The translations under genes were made by a program, and so were the position numbers. Shown one piece after another: positions 25,011-34,054 of a stretch of 64,000 nt of DNA. Every line of letters starts with the position of its first letter. Position 1 is the first letter of the stretch. The DNA comes from Ignavibacteriales bacterium (GTDB taxonomy: Bacteria; Bacteroidota; Ignavibacteria; UBA10030; UBA8401): NCBI GenBank assembly GCA_026390635.1, contig JAPLFO010000148.1:60080-124079 (forward strand), in the 5' to 3' direction. Under the pieces are notes generated by a model. It searched no databases. It was not told where the DNA came from and worked only from the letters and a program-made list of their open reading frames with translations.

Positions 25011-27017
25011 TCAGCGCTCGGTCAGGCGCTTGATCTCGTCGCGAAGTTGCGCAGCACGTTCAAATTCAAGATCTTTGGAGGCTTTTAGCATTTCGGACTT
25101 AAGTTCTTCAAGGAGATCAGCCTTCTGCTCTGCGGTCAGATACCGGGTGATTGAATCCGCAAGCGCAGGAAGCTGTTCCCGCTCTTTCCGCGCATCCCGC
25201 GACGATTTCACGTCGGCAACCGCGGTCGAGGCCATCACTTCTTCATACGATTTATAGATGGTTTTGGGAGTTATATTATGCTCTCTATTATAAGCAATCT
25301 GCTTCTCGCGCCGTCGGGCCGTCTCCTCCATCATCCGGCGCATCGAATCCGTGACCTTATCCGCATACATGATGACCGTGCCATTGACGTTGCGCGCAGT
25401 GCGTCCCGCCGTTTGAATCAGCGACCGCTCCGATCTCAGAAATCCCTCCTTGTCTGCATCCAGAATCGCGACCAGAGACACTTCGGGAAGGTCGAGCCCC
25501 TCACGGAGCAGATTGACGCCGATTAAGACATCACAATGACCGAGACGCAGTTCACGGAGGATTTCGACCCGCTCCAGTGCATCAATGTCTGAGTGTATGT
25601 AGCGCACGTTGATGTTGATATCCAGCAGGTAGTTGGTCAGATCTTCGGCCATTCGCTTGGTCAATGTTGTCACCAGTGTCCGTTCCTTCAATGCGGTGCA
25701 TTTCCGGATTTCGGCAATGAGATCGTCGATTTGGTTTTTCACCGGACGCACTATGACCTGTGGATCGACGAGTCCCGTCGGACGAATGACCTGTTCGACA
25801 AAAATGCCCTTGCACTTTTCCAGTTCATATGACCCCGGCGTCGCGCTGACAAAAATAACCTGCGGTACCATCGACTCCCATTCGTCAAAACGAAGTGGCC
25901 TGTTGTCCAGCGCTGACGGAAGGCGAAATCCAAAATTGACGAGGTTCTCCTTCCGCGAGCGGTCACCAAAATACATGCCGCCGATCTGCGGAACGGTGAC
26001 GTGCGATTCGTCGATAACGAGAAGAAAATCCTTGGGGAAATAGTCGAAGAGACATGACGGACGCGATCCGGGCGGACGGCCCGCGAGATGACGCGAATAG
26101 TTTTCGATGCCGTTGCAGTATCCGACTTCGCGCAGCATTTCAATGTCGAAACGTGTCCGCTGTTCCAGGCGCTGCGCTTCGACCAGCTTATCAAGATGAC
26201 GGAGTTCGCGGAGCCGATCCTTCATCTCCGCTTCGATAGAGATAATTCCCCGCTCGACCGACTGCTTCGTCGTGACAAATTGTTTCGCTGGATAGATCAC
26301 ATCGTAATCAACTTCTGCAATGATACTGCCATCCATTCGATTGATGGATGAGATACGTTCAATTTCATCGCCGAAAAATTCGATGCGCACCGCCTGATCC
26401 ATCTCGTACGCCGGAATCACTTCCACGACATCGCCGCGAACGCGGAATGTTCCGCGCGTGAATTCATAATCATTCCGTGTATAGAGGATATCCAGCAATC
26501 GTTTCAGCAGTTTGTTGCGCTCGATGTGGTCGCCTTTCTTAACGACGACCATCTGTTGAATCCAGTCGTCCGGCGCGCCGATACCGTAGATACTGCTGAC
26601 AGAAGCGATGACGATGACGTTTCTCTCTCCACTCAACAGCGCGCTCGTCGCCCGCAGCCGCAGGCGATCGATCTCATCATTCACCGACGAGTCTTTTTGG
26701 ATGTACGTGTCGGTGGAGGGAACATATGCTTCCGGCTGGTAGTAATCGTAATAGCTTATGAAGAACTCAACATGGTCCTTCGGGAAGAATCCTTTGAATT
26801 CAGCATAGAGTTGTGCCGCAAGCGTTTTGTTATGCGACATGATCAACACCGGCCGGTCGAATTGCGCGATGACGTTCGACACTGTGAACGTCTTGCCGCT
26901 CCCCGTCACACCCAGCAGCGTCTGAAATCTATCCCCACGCAGTACGCCTTCGGTCAATTGCTTGATGGCTTCGGGCTGATCGCCTTGAGGAGTATAGTCG
27001 GATGAGAGAGTATACAT
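25011..27017 (-). CDS. uvrB: Excinuclease ABC subunit B
   Basis: 668 aa: ...LLGVTGSGKTFTVSNVIAQ...YDYYQPEAY..., helicase motifs and a C-terminal UvrB/UvrC interaction helix. Confidence 0.9.
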   Translation of the reverse strand: MYTLSSDYTPQGDQPEAIKQLTEGVLRGDRFQTLLGVTGSGKTFTVSNVIAQFDRPVLIMSHNKTLAAQLYAEFKGFFPKDHVEFFISYYDYYQPEAYVPSTDTYIQKDSSVNDEIDRLRLRATSALLSGERNVIVIASVSSIYGIGAPDDWIQQMVVVKKGDHIERNKLLKRLLDILYTRNDYEFTRGTFRVRGDVVEVIPAYEMDQAVRIEFFGDEIERISSINRMDGSIIAEVDYDVIYPAKQFVTTKQSVERGIISIEAEMKDRLRELRHLDKLVEAQRLEQRTRFDIEMLREVGYCNGIENYSRHLAGRPPGSRPSCLFDYFPKDFLLVIDESHVTVPQIGGMYFGDRSRKENLVNFGFRLPSALDNRPLRFDEWESMVPQVIFVSATPGSYELEKCKGIFVEQVIRPTGLVDPQVIVRPVKNQIDDLIAEIRKCTALKERTLVTTLTKRMAEDLTNYLLDININVRYIHSDIDALERVEILRELRLGHCDVLIGVNLLREGLDLPEVSLVAILDADKEGFLRSERSLIQTAGRTARNVNGTVIMYADKVTDSMRRMMEETARRREKQIAYNREHNITPKTIYKSYEEVMASTAVADVKSSRDARKEREQLPALADSITRYLTAEQKADLLEELKSEMLKASKDLEFERAAQLRDEIKRLTER

Positions 27018-27129
27018 TTAATGATTCTTATTAGAAAGATAATCCACAGAGGACACAGAGCAAAAGATGAGAACACAGAGAATGTTTCTCTCGTTCCCAA
27101 GCTCCGCTTGGGAACGATGCCGTACATAA

Positions 27130-27609
27130 CTATTTCCAGAATCCCTCATGAACTTTGAACGCTTCATCCTCGATCATCGGACCGATTATTTGAATGCCGC
27201 CGGCAGACAAAATCGTCTGTCCGGGCGGCAGCTTCTTATCGGCCGCATTGTCTGTTCGCGCATATAGACTTGCAGCGCTCAAGGCAAAGACGACGCGCCC
27301 GATCTTGCTCCAGTAAATTGCACCACAGCACATCGGGCACGGTTCCGTGCTCGTGTACAGGGTGCACCGGGCAAGCTGTTCCTCGCTGAACTTTTGAGAT
27401 GCCAGACGAACAAGATTGGTTTCCGCATGTCCGGTGCAATCTTTCGCTGTGATGACATTGTTCTCAGCTTCGAGCAGACACTGGTCGTTTTCATCAACCA
27501 GAATCGCTCCAAATGGATGATTGCCGTGTTCCCGCGCGCGCCGGGCAATTCCGATGGCGATGCGAAGGTGGAGCAAATTATGTGCGTTCAATTCTGTCAT
27601 CATAATCAC
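27130..27609 (-). CDS. Nucleoside/tRNA adenosine deaminase family protein (CDA-fold zinc deaminase)
   Basis: HAETNLV...TEPCPMCCGAIYWS: the H(A/C)E and PCxxC zinc ligands. Confidence 0.7.
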   Translation of the reverse strand: MIMMTELNAHNLLHLRIAIGIARRAREHGNHPFGAILVDENDQCLLEAENNVITAKDCTGHAETNLVRLASQKFSEEQLARCTLYTSTEPCPMCCGAIYWSKIGRVVFALSAASLYARTDNAADKKLPPGQTILSAGGIQIIGPMIEDEAFKVHEGFWK

Positions 27610-27713
27610 TCTTCATACGTTCCAACAGAGCTTGGGAACGAGATCGCAAAGCATCCACGAGGCACGGTCATGAGACCGTGCCCACCGTTCGCCGTGGCAG
27701 ATCTTTTCATTCT

Positions 27714-29066
27714 TTACTTTGCCGTGCTCGCATGGGCGTTTGACCCACCTTCGCTCCGCCGCAGCATGAACGCAAAGAACAGCGCAAAAAGACCCAGGCT
27801 CGAAAAGATCCACATGCCGAGCGTGTAGCCTCCCGGATTGACAGCGCTGGCCCCGGAGTAATCGTTCGCCCAACCGATAAGGAGATTAAATCCAAAGAGG
27901 CCGACGTTTTGTATCATTGTCATCAATCCGTAGGCCGTTCCAAGTTTTGCCGATGGAACAACCAGGGACACCATCGGCCACATGACCGCCGGAATGAGCG
28001 AAAAGGCAATTCCCATCATGGACATCGGAACGATCAGCGAGTATGGAATGACCGCCTTGTCGATCCCAAAAAACGCGGATTCAACTCCGATACCGCCCTG
28101 CAATCCGATCATCGCGGCGAGATCGATATGATACGCCATGATGAGATAGACCGGAACAATCAGCAAAGCGCCGACCATCATCAGTTGGGAACGCTTTCCA
28201 ATCTTGTCCGCCAGCAAGCCGAAGAGCGGAGTAAAGACCATCGCCGCCAGAGTCAGCATGCTGGAGAGATTTCCACCGACTTCGCGCGTTGTTTGGTGTG
28301 CTTCCTGAAAAAATTTTATTGCAAAAGTTTGGAACGGGAACATCGCAGAGTAGAACGTCACACAGAGAGCCGTAATGAACCAAAACGACGTATTGAATTT
28401 CAGAATCTCGCTCCATTCAATCTTGTCCTGCGAACCCTCCTCGGCCATCGCATATTTGCTCGAGGCAGCAGCATCAACGATGTAATAGACAATGATGCAG
28501 ACCACGGCAAAGACACCGGCCGCCACGGTCACCCAGAGCGGCGACTGCCAGTACTCATAGAGTTTTTTTCCCCATGTCGGCGAATTCAGGGCGAGGAATG
28601 ATCCGAGCCTTGCCACCGTCAGGTTCAGGCCGAAGGCAAAGGAGAGTTTATTTCCCTTAAACCAGCGGGCGATAATGGTAGTAATCGCGACGATCATCGA
28701 TTCGGCACCCAATCCAAAGATCAGCCGCCCTGCCGCCATCAGAACGAGTTGTCCCTGCAGCGCGGTGACAAGGGCACCAAGCATAATAAGCACGGTGAAG
28801 ATGAAAACGGACCTCCGCGTGCCGATCTTGTCGATAATGATGCCGCCGACCAGCACCATCAGGATATTCGGAAAACTATAGATGGCATTCAATAGTCCGA
28901 TATTGGAATCGGAAAAGTGGAGCTGCGCCTTCAACAGATCCGCCAGCGGGCTGATGCTGTCGTAAATATAATAATTGCCGAACATTGCAAAGCTGATCAG
29001 AACGAGAACAACCCAACGGAATACAGCGGGGGGCGCGGGTCGTGTTTCTGTGGTTCTGTGTTCCAT
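27714..29066 (-). CDS. MFS transporter
   Basis: 450 aa, 12 predicted TMs, MFS-type loop motifs. Confidence 0.75.
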   Translation of the reverse strand: MEHRTTETRPAPPAVFRWVVLVLISFAMFGNYYIYDSISPLADLLKAQLHFSDSNIGLLNAIYSFPNILMVLVGGIIIDKIGTRRSVFIFTVLIMLGALVTALQGQLVLMAAGRLIFGLGAESMIVAITTIIARWFKGNKLSFAFGLNLTVARLGSFLALNSPTWGKKLYEYWQSPLWVTVAAGVFAVVCIIVYYIVDAAASSKYAMAEEGSQDKIEWSEILKFNTSFWFITALCVTFYSAMFPFQTFAIKFFQEAHQTTREVGGNLSSMLTLAAMVFTPLFGLLADKIGKRSQLMMVGALLIVPVYLIMAYHIDLAAMIGLQGGIGVESAFFGIDKAVIPYSLIVPMSMMGIAFSLIPAVMWPMVSLVVPSAKLGTAYGLMTMIQNVGLFGFNLLIGWANDYSGASAVNPGGYTLGMWIFSSLGLFALFFAFMLRRSEGGSNAHASTAK

Positions 29067-29078
29067 GAATACTCCCGA

Positions 29079-30527
29079 TTACTGTTCTTTGAAATTCCAT
29101 TCTTTCATTTTTTTCAATCGATCATCCAGCTTGAATTTCTTCATCAACTCGGCGGTCTCTTTTGCATTCCGGCGATGGGAGTCAATAGAACGATCGTTTG
29201 CCAACTCGCCAACCAGAACACCGACAATCGCTGCAGCGTCGGAAAGATAGCGTTTGCTCACTTTGTCGAAGGTGTCACCCATTTCGTGATAGTACTTCCC
29301 CATATCGTCGTCAAGGTGCGCTTGCATGGACATGGTCGGAATACCGCGCAGCATAAACTCCTGATGATCGCTGCTGAGTCCGGGTTGATTCACCACCCCA
29401 TCTTTCAGATCGAAGCCGCTGAGTTGTGTCGCAATGCCTTTGAGGAACGGAATGAATTCGTCAAAACCCATGGCATTAAAACCGGTCGGGGTACCTGTCA
29501 TATCCATGTTAATCATGGCGAGAATGTCGTCTTTGTCGTGCGCGACGACATAGTCTTTCGATCCCCACAAACCCAGCTCTTCACCATTGAACCAAACAAG
29601 TTCAATGGTATAGTAGTTCTTTGGTGCATGGCTTTTGAGAAGACGAACCAAATCAAAAAGAATCGCGCTGCCGATCCCGTTATCAATGGCGCCTTGTCCC
29701 ATATCCCAGGAATCAAAATGTGCTCCCACGACAATCTTTCTTTTTGATACTCCCGGAAACGTTGCAACAATATTTGCGGTGGAAAGTACGGCACAGCGGG
29801 ATTCGGTCTTCATTGTGACACGAACTTCTTGTGCGTCCTTCAACAGACGCTCCATCCATTTTCCTTCTTCAAACGTGATGCTGTAGGCTGGGAGGAGAGA
29901 CGGTTTCCCTTCAAAATTGCTGACTCCTTCCAGCGTCATTGTTCCATTTCTGTCATTGATGAACAGAATGCCTTTGGCTCCGTGGCGGGCGGCAATCTCG
30001 ATGCATTCCAGCCGGAGAAGAGGCGATTTTTCCGGGGGACGTTGTTGCGTCACCAAGACAATTTTTCCCGCGACATCAATGGACGCGTAGGATTCATCAA
30101 ATCCAAACTCCGCAAAGACAACAGGAGCTTCGAACGTTTCATGATGATCCACATACGCAAGCTCGATCGAGCGGAGTTGGCGCCGGATTGGCACCGTCAT
30201 GCTCACTTCCTGTGCTCCACGAATCCAACCTGGTGCGGTGAAGGGTTCTTTCCGGGCTTCGACTCCGAGAGATTTGAGTTCCTCTACAAGAATCGACATT
30301 CCTTTTTCGTTCGATGGCGATCCCATTACACGGCCGCCGGCCTCGTCGCAGATCTGCTGGAGCAGAGCATACGAGCGATTGTCTGTGTAGGCGGATCCAA
30401 TCATTTCATTCCAACGCGATTTGTCTCCGCCGACGGCATACATTGCCGGCAGTAAAGATAAAAAGAGAGCGACAATGGTTGTTTTTCGAGTGTGCATTTT
30501 CAATCCATTCATTCGGATAAAGGACAT
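29079..30527 (-). CDS. Secreted M28 family peptidase with a PA domain
   Basis: Signal peptide; the zinc-aminopeptidase segment ...GAHFDSWDMGQGAIDNGIGSAILFDLVRLL... (M28); and a PA-domain-like insert. Confidence 0.7.
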   Translation of the reverse strand: MSFIRMNGLKMHTRKTTIVALFLSLLPAMYAVGGDKSRWNEMIGSAYTDNRSYALLQQICDEAGGRVMGSPSNEKGMSILVEELKSLGVEARKEPFTAPGWIRGAQEVSMTVPIRRQLRSIELAYVDHHETFEAPVVFAEFGFDESYASIDVAGKIVLVTQQRPPEKSPLLRLECIEIAARHGAKGILFINDRNGTMTLEGVSNFEGKPSLLPAYSITFEEGKWMERLLKDAQEVRVTMKTESRCAVLSTANIVATFPGVSKRKIVVGAHFDSWDMGQGAIDNGIGSAILFDLVRLLKSHAPKNYYTIELVWFNGEELGLWGSKDYVVAHDKDDILAMINMDMTGTPTGFNAMGFDEFIPFLKGIATQLSGFDLKDGVVNQPGLSSDHQEFMLRGIPTMSMQAHLDDDMGKYYHEMGDTFDKVSKRYLSDAAAIVGVLVGELANDRSIDSHRRNAKETAELMKKFKLDDRLKKMKEWNFKEQ

Positions 30528-30754
30528 CAGCTCACCTCCCTATTCATAGAGGGGGAGTGTAGTTACTCAGCATGTCAAGCAGGGGATGCAGTTTTTTACG
30601 CTGAGTAATTACGATGTATTTTAATAAGATACAATTTTAACTGTAGTGGATGCAAGGTATATATGGTGAAAATGCTGGAAATTCAGGCCATGATGAATTT
30701 CCGGTCACCGAGCGTCCATCCTTCGTCCCCAAGGGATCCCTAGTAACTCTCATT

Positions 30755-31516
30755 ATGCGCCGCACTTTTTTTTCACGCACTATTTTGCTACCTTTTTTAT
30801 TACCTATGGCAACGCACACAGCATCAAGAGCTCACGCCATCACACTGGCGCCTCCGCTTGAAGAACTTGGACTCTCGCGCGATACCATCTCACATGGACT
30901 GGGATATGGATCCACGCCTCCCCCGCCGGACGTCCTCGCTGAATTGGACGACATCCTTTCGGCATTGCCGGAACGATGCGAAGTTCGCTGCGGATATCGC
31001 ATTATCTCGGCGGAGGAGTTGTCTGTTTTTCCGGATCGTATTCACTGTGGTGCCACTGAGTTTCTCACCGGCCCCATTATCGCCAAGCGGGTGCGACAGG
31101 CGGAAACACTCGCCGTCTATGCGACCACAGCGGGTACGCCGCTGGATGTATGGTCGCATGAATTATTTCAGTCCGGCAACCACCTCAAAGGATATCTTGT
31201 CGATTCTACCGGATCGGAAATTGCGGAACTGACGGCGGACTGGCTGGAGAAGCGGCTGGCCGCCGATGTTGCTGTAAGGGATTGGAGAATCTCCAATCGC
31301 TATAGTCCGGGATACTGCGATTGGAATGTGAGTGAACAGCATAAGTTATTCAGCCTCTTGCCGGATAATTTCTGCGGCATCACTCTGACAGCGAGCGCAT
31401 TGATGCTCCCGAAAAAATCCACCAGCGGCATCATCGGATTGGGTAGAAAGGTGAAGCGGGAAGAATATCAATGCTCAATTTGCGATATGAAGGATTGTTT
31501 TCGGCGGAAAGAATGA
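30755..31516 (+). CDS. Standalone vitamin-B12-dependent methionine synthase activation-domain (Met_synt_B12) protein
   Basis: RYSPGYCDWNVSEQHKLFSLLPDNFCGITLTASALMLPKKSTSGIIGL matches the AdoMet-binding core of the MetH reactivation domain (GYpacPDhxeKxxLFxLLxxxxIGIxLTESxAMxPxASVSG). The start is uncertain: candidate ATGs at 30650, 30755 and 30806, none with a clear SD. Confidence 0.55.
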   Translation: MRRTFFSRTILLPFLLPMATHTASRAHAITLAPPLEELGLSRDTISHGLGYGSTPPPPDVLAELDDILSALPERCEVRCGYRIISAEELSVFPDRIHCGATEFLTGPIIAKRVRQAETLAVYATTAGTPLDVWSHELFQSGNHLKGYLVDSTGSEIAELTADWLEKRLAADVAVRDWRISNRYSPGYCDWNVSEQHKLFSLLPDNFCGITLTASALMLPKKSTSGIIGLGRKVKREEYQCSICDMKDCFRRKE

Positions 31517-31519
31517 AAT

Positions 31520-31683
31520 GAGACTTCTGAAAAACTCCTGGATGCCGGTCATTCTGAGCGCTTCGGCTCCGCTCAGCACAAGCTCCGCGAAGAATCCATT
31601 AGTTGTTTTCAGATCACAATGATGGATTCTTCGTCGCTGCGCGACTCAGAATGACAATCCGCGATGGTTTTTCAGACGTCTCG
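31520..31683 (+). repeat. MITE-like palindromic element, family A, copy 1 (about 165 bp, 17-bp terminal inverted repeats CGAGACKTCTGAAAAAC)
   Basis: About 98% identical to the reverse complement of 41424-41588. Internal hairpins include ctgagcgcttcggctccgctcag. It starts 3 nt after the stop codon of the preceding gene. Confidence 0.8.
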
Positions 31684-31832
31684 AAATGTGTTTGCCACAG
31701 AGGGCACAAGACAGAATGCAGCATTGACTATTTTCGTTTCTTTCGTCTCAAGAGTTTTATCGCACAGAATCAGAAAGAACCACGTTATACCGCTGGCGCC
31801 GGCAGACATCAACAACACTTAAGGAGCGTGGT

Positions 31833-33059
31833 ATGAAGAAAGAAGTTATTGCCATTGGAATGGCAGTTGTTCTCTGCGTCTGGTCGGTCCAAGCACAGTC
31901 AGACCGGAAAGACAAAGCGATCTACGTCGAACCAAAGAACGAATTCTTTGATCAGATCAAGAAGGATGCCGATGCGTTCTCCAAAAAGGAAGACGTAAAA
32001 AAGAAAGAGCTGCGCATCGACCTTTCCGGTATCGACTATCCGAAAGCCCCAAAAGACTTCATACAGGTCTGGCACAATGCTCCGATATCACAGGGCAGCT
32101 CCGGCATGTGCTGGTGCTTCTCAGCAACATCCTATTTTGAATCGGAGATCTACCGCCAGACAAAACGAAAAATCAAACTCTCCGAACTCTACACGGTGTA
32201 TTGGGAATATGTCGAGAAGGCAAAACGCTACGTTCAGGAGCGCGGGAATTCGGAATTCGGAGAAGGATCAGAATCCAACGCAGTACCGCGGATTTGGAAG
32301 CAGTACGGCATCGTACCGGCCGAAGCGTACACCGGCATGATTCCCGGACAAAAAGTCTATTACCACGACAAAATGTTCGAAGAACTCCGTTCCTATCTTG
32401 TTTCCGTAAAGAGCTCCAACGCGTGGGATGAACACGTCGTCGTTTCCACCGTGAAGTCGATTCTGGATCATTATCTCGGTGCGCCCCCTGCGACCATCAC
32501 CGTCAACGGCGTATCGACGACTCCGCAGGAGTACTTGAAAAACGTCGTACACTTGAATCTGGATGAGTATGTCGAAATCATGTCGACGATGAGTAGGCCC
32601 TGGTACACAAGAGCCGAATACGAAGTTCCCGACAACTGGTGGCATAATAAAGACTACTGCAACGTTCCCCTGTCAGATTTCATTTCAATCATCAAGAAAG
32701 CCATTCGTGCGGGACACACCATTTGTATCGGCGGCGATACGTCGGAGCCGGGCATGGATGGACATGCCGGTATCGCTATCGTGCCGACATTCGATATTCC
32801 TACATCGGCAATTGATGACAATGCCCGCGAGTTCAGATTCAACAATCGCACGTCGGGCGACGATCACGGCATTCATCTGGTCGGCTACCAGGAAAAAGGC
32901 GGCAAGGATTGGTACCTCATCAAGGATTCCGGGAGCGGGGCGCGCAACAACGATCATCCGGGCTACTATTTCTACAGCGAAGATTATGTGAAGCTGAAAA
33001 TGCTCGGATTCACAGTTCATCGTTCACTTATAGAAGATCTGCTGAAAAAATTTGAGTGA
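31833..33059 (+). CDS. Secreted C1 (papain) family peptidase, aminopeptidase C/bleomycin-hydrolase-like
   Basis: Signal peptide MKKEVIAIGMAVVLCVWSVQA; catalytic Cys motif QGSSGMCWCFS. Confidence 0.7.
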   Translation: MKKEVIAIGMAVVLCVWSVQAQSDRKDKAIYVEPKNEFFDQIKKDADAFSKKEDVKKKELRIDLSGIDYPKAPKDFIQVWHNAPISQGSSGMCWCFSATSYFESEIYRQTKRKIKLSELYTVYWEYVEKAKRYVQERGNSEFGEGSESNAVPRIWKQYGIVPAEAYTGMIPGQKVYYHDKMFEELRSYLVSVKSSNAWDEHVVVSTVKSILDHYLGAPPATITVNGVSTTPQEYLKNVVHLNLDEYVEIMSTMSRPWYTRAEYEVPDNWWHNKDYCNVPLSDFISIIKKAIRAGHTICIGGDTSEPGMDGHAGIAIVPTFDIPTSAIDDNAREFRFNNRTSGDDHGIHLVGYQEKGGKDWYLIKDSGSGARNNDHPGYYFYSEDYVKLKMLGFTVHRSLIEDLLKKFE

Positions 33060-33060
33060 G

Positions 33061-33087
33061 TCCCGGCTGAAAGAAGCCGGGTTTTCC
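33061..33087 (+). terminator. Rho-independent terminator downstream of the C1 peptidase gene
   Basis: gtcccggctgaaagaagccgggtttt: a 6-7-bp GC stem plus a T-run, 2 nt after the stop codon. Confidence 0.65.
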
Positions 33088-33196
33088 AGCGGCAGATCGA
33101 GCGAAGCCGGGGTATCCAAAACGCGAGACATTCGGCGCCCTGGGGAGACTTCGCTCGGGAGCCGGTTGTTGAGAAATCAAGCGAATTGACACACTA

Positions 33197-33874
33197 TTGA
33201 ACATGCACAGGACCTATAAACATCTTGATACAATCACAGGCCTTTTTGTCGCGGTGCTGCTGATCTCCAATGTTGCATCGTCAAAAATAGTACAATTGTC
33301 TCTTTTCACTTTTGACGGAGGAACAATTCTCTTTCCCCTCAGCTACATATTCGGCGACGTGCTTACCGAGGTCTATGGCTATCGGCGGTCCCGGAAGGTA
33401 ATCTGGATCGGATTCGGAAGCGCCCTCCTCATGTCGATCATCTTTATGGTTGTCGGCGCAATGCCTCCTGCCCAAGGATGGATCAACCAGGACGCTTATG
33501 ACAAAATCCTCGGGCTCACTCCACGCATTGTCGCGGCAAGCCTGATCGCTTTCTTTTCAGGGGAATTCTCCAATTCCTACACACTCGCGAAACTGAAAAT
33601 CTGGACAAAAGGGCGTCATCTGTGGATGCGAACTATCGGCTCCACAGTTGTCGGCGAGTTTGTCGATACAGCGCTCTTTGTCATGATCGCCTTCTGGGGC
33701 ATGCTTCCCACTGCGACCCTGACGGCCGTTATCATCTCCAACTATGTGTTCAAGACCGGAGTAGAGGCCATTCTGACACCTGTCACCTATCGCGTTGTCG
33801 CGTGGCTGAAGAAAGAGGAGGCGGAGGACTACTATGACCACGGGACCGACTTCAATCCCTTCTCCCGCTCCTGA
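33197..33874 (+). CDS. yhhQ: Queuosine precursor transporter (YhhQ/VUT family)
   Basis: GLFVAVLLISNVASSKI...LFPLSYIFGDVLTEVYGY is the YhhQ/DUF165 signature. Confidence 0.8.
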   Translation: MNMHRTYKHLDTITGLFVAVLLISNVASSKIVQLSLFTFDGGTILFPLSYIFGDVLTEVYGYRRSRKVIWIGFGSALLMSIIFMVVGAMPPAQGWINQDAYDKILGLTPRIVAASLIAFFSGEFSNSYTLAKLKIWTKGRHLWMRTIGSTVVGEFVDTALFVMIAFWGMLPTATLTAVIISNYVFKTGVEAILTPVTYRVVAWLKKEEAEDYYDHGTDFNPFSRS

Positions 33875-34054
33875 CACTAAACCGGCTTACAGTAAAAAAA
33901 GGCAAAATAGTCCTTTGCAATTTCCCGGAAAAATATTATTATCTCACAACTATTGAGAGCGCGACATTCCTGCAATACACTTTGCCGTCGCTCCGCCGCA
34001 ACAATCATTCATCCAGGGGCATCCCCTTGGGACTAAAGGAAACATAAGCAGGAA

